A stretch of DNA of 63,028 nt, the filler included, from Octopus bimaculoides (Eukaryota): assembly GCF_001194135.2 (NCBI RefSeq). It is 8 parts of 8 records of this genome, joined end to end, with 100 filler letters (N's around TTAATTAATTAA, not from the genome) between each part and the next. Parts side by side here need not be neighbours in the genome. Positions count along the whole stretch, not along the records: positions 1 to 25,751 come from NC_068993.1; positions 25,852 to 37,411 come from NC_068982.1; 6 more parts are not named here. One strand, given 5' to 3'. Under the pieces are notes generated by a model, which was given only the letters and a program-made list of their open reading frames with translations, did not search any database and was not told the origin of the DNA. The position numbers and the translations under genes were made by a program. Shown here in pieces: positions 13,146 to 26,048 of this stretch; positions within the stretch are counted from its first letter, which is position 1; every line of letters begins with the position of its first letter.

Positions 13146-13310
13146 GGCGTCGAGCTGGCAGAATGCTCAGCTTCATTTCGTCCGTCTTTACATTCTGAGT
13201 TCTAATTCTGCTGAGGTCGATGTTGTCTTTTATTTTCCTTGGAGTCGATAAAGTAAGTACCAGTTGAATACTGGGGTCGACGTAATAGACTAGTCCCCAC
13301 TCACATAGGT
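13146..13310 (+). mobile_element. SINE family A with internal deletion
   Basis: ggcgtcgagctggcagaatg head; ttctgagttctaattc; gtcgataaagtaagtaccagttgaatactggggtcg. Confidence 0.8.
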
Positions 13311-14397
13311 TTAGGATTACTTGTTGCTGTTGCTGTCGCTGTTCTTGTTGTTTAGCTCCACGTCAGCTACGATGAAGCAGGTCTAAAATCAACGCTATTC
13401 GGACAATTATAACCACCGGATCTTTCATTTCAAAACTAATATTTCTAAGAGTACAGCCTCCACGCCGTGTGCTTCCCTTAGTCATCCAATATTGGAGCTG
13501 TTATTTAATCCAACAATAGAGTTGTTAGTAATTTAAAACAAGATGCCATGTCTACGACATAATTCAGAAACATACTACAGCAATGCAGTTAATATACCTG
13601 AATACAACATCATTTAATACTTTGTGAACCATACTGTATTAAACAGGAAATTAGCTGCAAGTAATTCTATTTCCAAAAATCTCACCAGATATTACATGTG
13701 TGTAATGATCGCCATATATAAACTTTAATCTTTAAACTGCTTTATAGATAATTCGTTCGTTTTATACACAACAATATATATATATATATANNNNNNNNNN
13801 NNNNNNNNNNNNNNNNNNNNNNNNNNNNNNNNNNNNNNNNNNNNNNNNNNNNNNNNNNNNNNNNNNNNNNNNNNNNNNNNNNNNNNNNNNNNNNNNNNNN
13901 NNNNNNNNNNNNNNNNNNNNNNNNNNNNNNNNNNNNNNNNNNNNNNNNNNNNNNNNNNNNNNNNNNNNNNNNNNNNNNNNNNNNNNNNNNNNNNNNNNNN
14001 NNNNNNNNNNNNNNNNNNNNNNNNNNNNNNNNNNNNNNNNNNNNNNNNNNNNNNNNNNNNNNNNNNNNNNNNNNNNNNNNNNNNNNNNNNNNNNNNNNNN
14101 NNNNNNNNNNNNNNNNNNNNNNNNNNNNNNNNNNNNNNNNNNNNNNNNNNNNNNNNNNNNNATATATATATATATATATATATAAAACGTTTTGCATATA
14201 TGTACATACTCACACATACGCCCACATATGTATGTACATATATTAGCATATGTGTATGTACATGCATCCATATATTTATATATTTATGTAGATATGTGTG
14301 GACACAAACAGAGTTACGTACACATTTCCATACATGTACACTAAACACACGAACCTACACATGCATTTATTTATACATACACACCCACCCACACGCA

Positions 14398-14468
<71 letters not shown>

Positions 14469-14638
14469 CCATAATTCTGTGCATATATATGTATATATAT
14501 AATATATATATATATACACACACACACACATACACATATATATATGTATGTATGTATATATCTGTGTATATATGAAGGGCTAAAGAACAAATGTGCAATA
14601 AATGGTACGTATATTAATACACGCAGCTGTGTTATATA

Positions 14639-14714
<76 letters not shown>

Positions 14715-15085
14715 TATATATTTAGAAAGAAACAAAGAGAGAGAGAGAGAGATGCATATATATGTAAATATCTCTGAACATACTTATTCACATATACGTA
14801 GAAATGCATACACATGCATACACATATATGGCGGTGTTTGTTATATATCTCTGCAGTATAAAATCCCGCAAAGAACACGATATGCAGTGTCTCACCGGTT
14901 TTACTTACAACACAATGGACATTTTCGTGTTATTAATATCTTCCACGCCTCTGTTAGCCTGGTCTGTTGGAATACAAAATAGATTGCCAGAATGTTTCCC
15001 CAGAACAATGCAAGAAATATAACATATGTCTGAAATAGATGAATACATGAGAATAGGTGTGTTGTATGTATGTGTGCGTGTGTGC

Positions 15086-15118
<33 letters not shown>

Positions 15119-15328
15119 GGCGCTTCTCATGTTAATATTGTATTCAATCTCTGACAAATTTGTTCCAGTAGTACAAACGGACAAAAAAAAAAACGTATAT
15201 ATATTTATATATGAATACATATCTATACATATATGTATATATAGATACATATATAAATATATATATATATATGTATACATATTATTTATTACGTATTATA
15301 TATGATATTTGTATTATAATATATATAT

Positions 15329-15361
<33 letters not shown>

Positions 15362-15431
15362 GTGTGTGTGTACGTATATATGCATACTTTTCTACACACA
15401 CATATGAATATATTTATGCACATATTCATAT

Positions 15432-15488
<57 letters not shown>

Positions 15489-15978
15489 TATATGTATATC
15501 TATATGTATGTATATCATTTGTATGTACGTATGAATGTATGTAAAACAAAGATAAAATTTACACACATGTAGTACCAGTGTGCCATGCGTACTCTTCTAT
15601 TTTTGTGTCACAAATTAAATGGATATGTTATTCACTCAGATGTCGTACATCGGCATCTCTCCGTGTCGACATACTAAAACTTTGCGCTAAAAGTATCAAT
15701 TCCCCCTTCTTCCTATCATCAGGCTCATGCTGGAAAGGAATGAAGGATATGGATGATCTGTTGATGTTTCACAGTTGACTGATTTCTACATTAGCCACAA
15801 GACGGCATATTTTGAATCGGTTAGTCTATTTAACCAATACAGCTATGTAATGATGATTATCTTATTGATTTTTGAGAAATAAAGAGCTAAGTCAACAAAG
15901 ATATTATTTCAAATTAGAAAATAAAAAAGGGCATAATTTAACGCCGGAATATATTTTGTCGGAAGCTCTACCGATTCT

Positions 15979-16162
15979 TTTCTTCTCTAGGCACAAGGCC
16001 CGAAATTTTGGGGGCGGGGGCCAGTCGATTAGATGGACCCCAGTAGGCAAGTGGTACTTAATTTATCGACCCCGAAAGGATGAAAGGTAAAGTCGACCTC
16101 GGCGGAATTTGAACTCAGAACGAAAAGACAGACGAAATACCGCGAATTTTTTCACCCGCCTT
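15979..16162 (-). mobile_element. SINE family A flanked by a 17-bp direct repeat
   Basis: Reverse complement of the family; gaagctctaccgattct occurs at 15962-15978 and 16163-16179. Confidence 0.85.
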
Positions 16163-16309
16163 GAAGCTCTACCGATTCTATCGACATTCTGTTTCCGGTT
16201 GTCTCCCAGTCAGTTTGTCTGATGTAATGATTTTAGAAACTCACTACCCTTTAGTACCCCTTCTCTCCCATGCTGCTAACAGATATGGGCCCTCTTCCTG
16301 GTAATGCGT

Positions 16310-16643
16310 TATATGCAAACCATCATATGCAAGTTCTTTCATTGAAGTATTCTTTCCCATAAACTGAGTGTATGTTTCGAGTCGCTTCGGCTGCAGAGTT
16401 CCCTTGTTTTTGTACCCAGAAAGCATTATGTGTCTTAAATTCTCTTTGGATACTTCCATGTTAGAAAGGGTTTTAATCAAAGAAATTTTAATTCTATTAT
16501 TCTGTAAAATAATATTTAATTAGTTTAAATGTACACATGCATAAAAATAATTTTTAATTCCATTAGACATCCTACAATACTATTAAATTTCATTCAATTC
16601 TAAAAAAGGTAAAATCGGACAGAACTTATGGGATGACCTGATA
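16310..16643 (-). mobile_element. Mariner 5' fragment: TIR plus frameshifted transposase N-terminus
   Basis: - strand TA|TCAGGTCATCCCATAAGTTCTGTCCG TIR. ATG at 16459 gives MEVSKENLRHIML..., then after a frameshift KGNSAAEATRNIHSVYGKE...NERTC..WF, the mariner HTH pattern. Confidence 0.8.
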
Positions 16644-16960
16644 TATATACAAACAAGTTCTGGCTATTACTTATTGTCGTCTAGAGTAGAGGGTCTTAGT
16701 GTTTCTCCGGTTAGTTTAACGGTATGAAGTGTTGCATTTGAGATCAACCAGATTCCTTTGTGATTCGAGATTCTTACTGCAATTGTTTAGATCCAGCTGT
16801 GTCCAAATCCGATAATCCAAAGCATTTCAAATATGAATTTTCTCAGATTATTTTTAGATACTATATCTTCTGAGTTTACTTGGAATATTGGAGATCCGAT
16901 ATTCTTGTTGCTATTGTCATTCTTTTCTGCTTCACTCCAGTTGGATCCCTGCTTTTCTAT

Positions 16961-17530
16961 CTATGCTGTCTTTTCTGTTTCCTTGTAGAAAGGCCACCTT
17001 CTTCTCTCAGATTTCGTTGATTCTGAATTCTTATCGATGCCTCTTTAAATTTGCTTTTTTTCTTCGCATTGGCCCTACATACACCCATTTCCCTCTCTGG
17101 AAATAGATGTCTATATTAATCTGGCCTTTATCACCTATTGTAGGTGAGTCCACATCATACACACGTATGGTCATACAAATTCCCGTCGTGACTATCCCAT
17201 TTTTCTCTCAAACGTCTTATCTTCTTAGCGTACCCAGAACCCTTACTTGCTTCCTTACTCCCGGCACTCCCTTGGGAACACCGATCATCGATGAATTTTC
17301 TTCAATGTTTCTCGATTCTAGTCAGTCTCTTTTGCTTTTCTATCTGTCCTGTCTTTTCTGATTCCTAGTAAAAAGACATTCTTCTCTCAGGTTTCTTTGA
17401 TTCTGAATTGTCATCGATGCCTCTTTAAATTTGCTATTTTTCTTGGCAGGAGTATTGGACATATATACACCCACTTTTTCCCTCTGGAAATAGTTGTCTA
17501 TAGTTATCTGTCCTTTATCCTCAGACCTGT
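16961..17530. repeat. Diverged ~180-bp direct duplication, period ~380 bp
   Basis: cttctctcag at 17001 and 17381; tcgatgcctctttaaatttgct and ctctggaaatag occur in both copies. Confidence 0.85.
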
Positions 17531-18031
17531 CCACCTTAAAAAGAACGTCTATAGGAGCATGCGATTCGAGGACATAATCCTTATGTTTACTGAGGTACAT
17601 AAACCTCTAATCAACAACAAGAATTCAACCTTGTGGTGAACCAAATCCCTTCAAACTCAATACTTTTGCTGTTGTAGTTTAGCTCCGAGTTAGTCCTAAC
17701 CATGCGCATGTACGGTCAAGCACGCTTCCTCAACGATTATCCCATATTTTTTGTACAGACAATATACCTAGGAGAGCATTAGCAAATATGTTACTACTAT
17801 TATGTTACTACTATAAAGCAGCAGGGCAAGATTAGACGGATATTTGGTTGCTGTTTATAATAGATCAAGACACCGAATACAGCCTCTAATGTTGACTCAT
17901 ATTTGGTCATGTCTTTTATGCATGAAAGTGTTCTGTTTCCTTTTTCTCATCTTTTAATATTTAAAAGAATAAAAACATACCATTACAAATTAGGAAAAAT
18001 ATGTAAATGACATGCATGTGTGTGTATATCC

Positions 18032-18067
<36 letters not shown>

Positions 18068-18532
18068 GGATATGTATGTATGTATTTGTGTATGTATTAA
18101 GATATGTAAATGATATATACTTATATTAAGTCTAATAATTATAGATTTTTCTCTTCCATAAGATAATCTTTAATGCTCTGCCATTTGTGTCTCTTTATAC
18201 TGAATACTATCCCGTTCTGAAAGCAATATATGTGATAGCTATCTCTTTCTAATCTAGCATTATATTGGTAAAAGGGAAAGAAAACTCTACTTTATGATTC
18301 ACTACCTATTATATTGTATTATTGGGAGTATTAAAGAACTTATGAAGAAGAAATTCAGGCGTGATATGAGATTCTTCATAGCTCCTTTATAGGGATTTAC
18401 AGGTAACTCATGCATTTGTCCCATTCATAATTACAGAAGACGAATAAAACTAATAATAAGAATGGCAAAATGGCCACAAAGTAAGCACACATTTCGTGTA
18501 AGCGACTCTATTTACATGCTTGTTTATAAGTA

Positions 18533-18590
<58 letters not shown>

Positions 18591-18891
18591 CATACATGCA
18601 TACATACATGCATACATACATCTAAAACATATTTACAAACCTCAATATATATGCGTACATACATACATAAATATAAATATATATACATATAAACGCTTCC
18701 ATACATATACTTACATACATGTGTACATATATATGTACACATAGACAGACACGCATACACACGCACACACACACGCACACAAACGTATATATATAAAGTC
18801 ATCTGCATGATCCCGTTTAAAAGTCGGAGCCAACTGCCAAGTGCAATGTAAATCAAAGTACTCAATAAATTCAGTGGAAACATTTGTAAAA

Positions 18892-18965
<74 letters not shown>

Positions 18966-21011
18966 TCTGGACACGTATACATTTATTTAAGTAACATAAT
19001 TCCTGTATGTTTATGCATAAATGCATTTGAACGTTTATAAATATATGTAGTCAGTAACAGAACAGTGGGCCCACAAAACATAGTTTACATGTACGAAAAT
19101 ATTCAAGGCAATGCACCTAATTCTACATGAAAACAGAGAGGCAGTACAAACCTGTGGCAAAGTTTGTATATGCCAACGACTTAGTCACTATCATCTGAGA
19201 CATGCCATACTAGGCTGAGAAGATCGACGTAAATTATGAAGGTGGTTAAACGAGACTCTGTGTACAATGATTCAAATTTCGATTCCTTTCTGAACGAAAC
19301 ATCACACGGAGAAATTATGAAGCTACACGCAACTTTAAAACGGAAATTAGTGTGCATTAGTAGGGCACGGGAATAAAAATAGTTTCAATAGTTATTGGTG
19401 CTCAAGGCATGCTAAAACATATTGTAAAACAGATAGGCTAAAAACAATGCGAGAGCTTAGATGTTTACAAGGATCAAAATATGTCTTACTAGTGAAGCCT
19501 ACGTCATGCGCGATGCACTTTCACTGCAAATCTTTAGCTTGCACATTACTGGCTGTGTCGATGTAATACAGTAATACAAATCTTGAAGACGCACAGCAAT
19601 GGATATGACAGACAAATGCATCAACAGTATGCTATTTATATATTTATTGATATGGTGGCGTGCATGATTTCAGATTTTAATTTGTTAACAAAAGGGAAAA
19701 ACAAAAACAACAGAATATTGCATTAAACTGAAAATATCAAAGAATATGATGGACATTTTGGGTGTGTGGTTGAGCCAGACTTACATTTATATTAGGAAAA
19801 TATATTTGCGTTCATTATCATACAGTAAATTTTGGCAAGCAGTATGTAACTCTATGTGAATCTGGATTTACCTTAAATTTGCTTCTTTTCGTAACTGCAC
19901 TTAGATATACATCCTAATTTATAATTTTGCATCTCATATGGAGCATATGTATTCTGTGAGAAGTAACCAGTTACAACAAGCATTTTAGAAACGTGTAAGC
20001 AATTGACCATGTAAGGTTATTCGTTTTAAGCATTTTTTTTTCGGACTCTAGACATTGCAGAACATTATTGTTGACTTTCATTTATTTCTCGATCTTTCAT
20101 CTGAAGGTGTGAGTTTGGTAAGTATTCCTGCTCTTAAACGTGCTTTTGGTTAATGCGATTATTTTTTTTTTCGTTATGCAGCTGCTTAAAATACCTTTGC
20201 TCAATAAGCAGCTTATATTAGAAAATGTTGTACCCAAAGGATTTACATTCTCGATGAAGTTTTGTTTATGGAAAGGATTTACTTTATTCTAAGTTCTATA
20301 ACTGTTTCTATTAATTCAAGTTCTAGCGGTGTCGATTTAATTAATGCAGTTTCAGCATTTGCATTCATTTTACAAAATAGCTTGTGATATTTGTGGTTGT
20401 AGGGGAAATGTTTGCGCATCAGTTAGAAAAGTTTTCTAAAGTATAGAGAAAACATTTTTTCTGTTTTTGCGACACCGTGCTTTGTTAGGAATTTATAACA
20501 TTGAAAACTTTCTTTGTATACGCATTCTGTAAGTAACGTTGGTTAATATCTCTTGCAATTCCGACAAACACGTAGCATTCCCTTCTTTGGCTTGCGTTCA
20601 GTCAGAGTATGATATGCAGTTGATGCTGAAAACAAATCGAAACAATAGACCTATTAACAATGCAATGTTTGCCATGTACAACTGTCAATAGCAGACAGAA
20701 ATACATTGAGTCGAACAACACATTCTAACGAAAATCTGAATGGCTACTGAAAAGAATATATTGAAGTGAGCCTACGTACATGAGAGATAGTTGACGTGAC
20801 AAGGGAAAGAAAGTATACACACATACAAGTACACCCACACACACATACATACATACATGTCTGTTACATATACACATATTCATATATATATATATATATA
20901 TATATATGCATACATTGTATATATTCATGTCTATACATATATANNNNNNNNNNTACAAGTACACCCACACACACATACATACATACATGTCTGTTACATA
21001 TACACATATTC

Positions 21012-21063
<52 letters not shown>

Positions 21064-21678
21064 GTATAGACATGAATATATACAATGTATGCATATATAT
21101 GAAAATATTTATGCATGTATGTATGTACGTACGTATGTATACGTGTGTGTGTGTATGTGTATATATGTGTATATGTTCCTTTTTATTTACAAAGGAAACT
21201 CATCGTTTACTATACAAGATGTCAAACATCACAAATGCGAATGAGGTTTATGCTTATATTTTCCCACACCATATATGAACAAGGGTTGTGAGTGAAATCT
21301 TAGGGAAAGTAACCGTGGGGAAACCCTTCCTACGCATACAGAGTGTACTTCTTTCAGAACAATCCCACTTCGAAATGGTATTACTCACGTGGACTAAGAA
21401 TTGTTTAAAGAAACGATCGAGGGTCATGCTCGCTGATAGTACGCAAAAATGACTAAAGTCTATTCACTCACATTTATTCCCCCTTTTAGGACATACGAGC
21501 AACAGTTATTGAGAATGACAACGGTTAACTACCGCTTGGGTAGCTCGATTTTCCAGTTCTTAGCGCGCCGAGAAAGAAGCGTTCAACCTCCACTGGCGGT
21601 ATCCCTGCCTTATTTCAGTACACCATACACACCCACAGCTTCTGATTTTAGCACTGACGCACTTAAAATGTGTACACG

Positions 21679-21830
21679 TAGGGGCGGGGCTTAGGGTGTT
21701 CAACTCACTATCCAACATTGTAGGTTCGATTCCTGTTTGGGCATCGCGTTGCATTTTGGAGCAAGACCCTTATATCAATTCTCGTCGTTCCAGTCTACCC
21801 ACCTGAAACAGAGTTCCATCCGACTGCTGG
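21679..21830 (+). mobile_element. Degenerate tRNA-derived SINE
   Basis: B box ggttcgattcc at ~21723 followed by a gagcaagacc motif like that of the 39498 SINE. Confidence 0.55.
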
Positions 21831-21998
21831 CGCAGCATTTCCTTCCCAGCAACTGCCACATGGTTGATGCTACCCTGCACCTTGTCTGCGTCTACTCACG
21901 TCTACGTAACCACCCAAAACGATTATCGAAGGCGATGTGAAAGCTAACAGGTCGTAAGGTCATACTTGCGAGTCTCGGCTATATTTACATACTCACAC

Positions 21999-22029
<31 letters not shown>

Positions 22030-22043
22030 TGTATGTATGTATG

Positions 22044-22085
<42 letters not shown>

Positions 22086-23565
22086 NNNNNNNNNNNNNNN
22101 NNNNNNNNNNNNNNNNNNNNNNNNNNNNNNNNNNNNNNNNNNNNNNNNNNNNNNNNNNNNNNNNNNNNNNNNNNNNNNNNNNNNNNNNNNNNNNNNNNNN
22201 NNNNNNNNNNNNNNNNNNNNNNNNNNNNNNNNNNNNNNNNNNNNNNNNNNNNNNNNNNNNNNNNNNNNNNNNNNNNNNNNNNNNNNNNNNNNNNNNNNNN
22301 NNNNNNNNNNNNNNNNNNNNNNNNNNNNNNNNNNNNNNNNNNNNNNNNNNNNNNNNNNNNNNNNNNNNNNNNNNNNNNNNNNNNNNNNNNNNNNNNNNNN
22401 NNNNNNNNNNNNNNNNNNNNNNNNNNNNNNNNNNNNNNNNNNNNNNNNNNNATATATATATATATAGCTATACATATATATATATATATTATACGCATAT
22501 ATATATAGATGTATGTATGTAAGTATGTGTGTATGTAAAAATATGTGTTTGTGAGTGTGTCTATGTATTGAGGTATTAAGATATTGATATATCGATTCGT
22601 TCATATAGTTATAGATATAAATATAATTTATCATTATTAAAATAGGATTAGTCAAAACATTTACATTTGCACACATTAACAAACACAAATACGTATATAT
22701 ATATATATATTCATATACTCAACCACGAACATTAACATTATATATATATATATATATACACACATATATATATAAATAAGCATACATATACATGTATATA
22801 TATATGTATGCGTTTGTATGTAAGTATGTATTTATATATATGTATATATATATATATGTATGTATATATTTATATGTATGTATATGTATGTATATATATG
22901 TATATATATATTTATATGTATGTATATGTATGTATATATATGCATGTATATATATGTGCATATATATATATATAAATGGACATATGTATGCATATAAATA
23001 TTTATTCAAATATACGCGAATATGCAAGAATATATGTACATAGTCATATGTATGAATGTATACTAATATATATATATTTGCGTCTATGCATATGTGTGTG
23101 TATGTATCTATGTATGTATGTACAGGGAGAGAAGATGTGAAGGTATATAAACAAAAAACACCCTGGTGTATTTCCAGAATGCTGGCAACACTTCCAAATT
23201 TTTCCACCCAAATTATAGGCACAATAAATCTTAGAACCATATTTTAGTCTCGTTTTTATATCTCTGTTGATGTGTCTGAGCTATATATTTACAATTCTGT
23301 TTGGCAAATTCTGTCTTTGTTCTGTAATTTTCTCTAAATTCAGTTTTTAAATTCACATAATAATTTAATTTGATAATCACAGAACAGGGACCTTTTGGCA
23401 AAGTTGGAGTTAATTTTTGCGAAAAATGTTTATTCTGTGTATTGCGTTTATTATTTGAATGAAATTTATAACCATAGAAGCACACATATATACGTATATT
23501 CACAAACATACACTCACATGCACACAAACATACACACATACCAACACGCATACTCTCACACACAC

Positions 23566-23722
23566 GGCGCATTTCTTTCAGTTCCCGTCTATCAAATACG
23601 CTAACGACGCTTTGGTCGCTCCAAGGTAATCGAACATCAGACTTGCTGAAATGCCACGCAATGAGAGGGAATCCGAAACCATGTGGTTAGGAAGTATACT
23701 TCGTACTACACAGCCACCCCAG
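23566..23722 (-). mobile_element. tRNA-derived SINE 5' half, same family as 2496-2600
   Basis: - strand head gtggctgtgtagt...accacatggtttcggattc followed by the ttggtcg/tttcagttccc body. Confidence 0.65.
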
Positions 23723-23834
23723 CGCATAAACACATAGAGAGTGAGACAGAGAGAGACAGAATCAGACCGCCAGAAAGACAGACAGAAAGAAAAACAGACA
23801 GACAGACAGAAAGATAGATAAATATATATATATA

Positions 23835-23835
23835 T

Positions 23836-23890
<55 letters not shown>
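23835..23890 (+). repeat. (GATA)n microsatellite
   Basis: Seen directly. Confidence 0.95.
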
Positions 23891-23891
<1 letters not shown>

Positions 23892-25681
23892 GCAGACAGA
23901 CAGCCAGCTAGACAGACAGACAGACATTATATATAAAGCTATAGCTTTAAGTTCGTTCATAGTAGCCTCCCTTAGTTACATCTCATTGACAAGAGTCAAA
24001 AAAACTCGAACCATTGATGTCGGAGATTCCCGAGAGATGGCGGCACTGAACGAACTTCATGTTTTTACACCTTTTTACCATAAGAGAGATTTTTTTCTCC
24101 ACGGCAACTGCAGTGTATTTACCTTTAGCAGTTGAAATATTCGACAAACATATTCTTAACTACAACAGCGACAACATGAATTTCTTCCATCTTCTTGCTC
24201 GATTAAAATATTTGGGGAAAATTATATTAATGTGTCCTACTGGTTAAAATTCTCTTTATTTATTTGTGCAGATGAATTTATGCACTGCATTTAAATTGAT
24301 GTAATGATTGCATTACTCAATTAAATGGATTCGCTTGAAACGGTCGTACTGCATCACTACTTGATATCCTGTTGCTTATTTTGATGTTATATATACATAC
24401 ATACATATATATATATATGTATATATATCCTCTCGGATCATGCAGTTTACATTTTATTTTCACCACGAATTTTGTATTTTGAACCTTTTTGCCAACGTAG
24501 ATGTGACCTTCTTCCGAACACCAGTACTCGCCTTATCGATGTATTCCATTGAAAGTACTGAGTTACATATTAAACACCGGCTATATCCAGAAACAGCGAT
24601 TCATGTGATGATAATCTACGAAAGAGAGAGAGAGAGGTAAAGAGATAGGGAGAGAGAGAGAGAAAAAGAAAGCATTAAGGAGGGAGAGAGGGAATGAAGG
24701 GGAGATTTTATTGGAAGGAAATTGAAAGTGGCAGTTAGAAATGAAAGTGTTAGAAAGATTGGTGTACGAAGGACATTTATGTATATATGTGTGTGTGAGA
24801 GAGAGAGGAGTATACTGCTTTACAGAACAATTTCCCTCGTCTTCAACAAAGGCAAAAACCTGTATAAACTTATTACATACAACTAAACGAATTTTATAAA
24901 ATGATAGATGTTTGTGTGCTGTGAGGCGAACACTCACGTTCTACTCTCATCACACGAAGCTTTTCCAGTTCGTAACCTTTATAAAACTAAATTTTGCTGT
25001 ATAAGATCATCATATTTTTCATGGACGTGTATATATATGTACACATACACACGCACACATACACACACGCACACATACACACACACACATACGCACATAC
25101 ATACGTATGTATGTATTTAAATATGTATGTATATATGTTCATATTCTCATATATATTTATGTGCATGTATTAGTATGTAGTGTTTTTATTATTTGATTTC
25201 TCTAATTGAGGGATGAACTGGTTTCTAACAAATAAACAAACTCTTTTCTAAGAACATTGGAAACAAAAATAATGCCTTACATATTGATTTTTGGAAAAGA
25301 CTTTCATATTTTTACTATTCCGCTTATAGATTGTGAATGTGTTCATTAAATATTGCTTCAGTTGCAAAAACTCTAATGAACTGAAGTGAAACATTACAAA
25401 CTAAATTCTTTTAGTTTATTTCAATGGTAAATAACCTGGGAACTTGAAGTAAGATATGAAGTACTATGTGCTTAATAATGCATTTAGCATGGTTAGATAA
25501 TTTCTGAATATAATTCAGAGTTTCGTAAATCTTATAATAATGATTATATAGTCTTATCGAAAGATGTGGGGCAAAATGGAGAAAATTGATTATAGTAGGA
25601 TTCTTATCCAGTAAGCTAGATAAAGGAATTTCCTCAACGCAAGGAAAGTGGTGCATCTGTCCCAACTAATACATGTGTGTG

Positions 25682-25751
<70 letters not shown>

Positions 25752-25851
25752 NNNNNNNNNNNNNNNNNNNNNNNNNNNNNNNNNNNNNNNNNNNNTTAAT
25801 TAATTAANNNNNNNNNNNNNNNNNNNNNNNNNNNNNNNNNNNNNNNNNNNN
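25752..25851. other. Artificial scaffold join: 44 N + TTAATTAATTAA + 44 N
   Basis: Exact 100-bp pattern, repeated at 37412, 40411, 45187, 48501, 57022 and 60101. The 12-mer has stops in all six frames. Confidence 0.95.

Positions 25852-26048
<197 letters not shown>

Noticed and set aside
13454-13468. cagcctccacgccgt (QPPRR) as the missing FCHSD first exon MQPPPRK
   Set aside because: No ATG, wrong residue count and no good donor.
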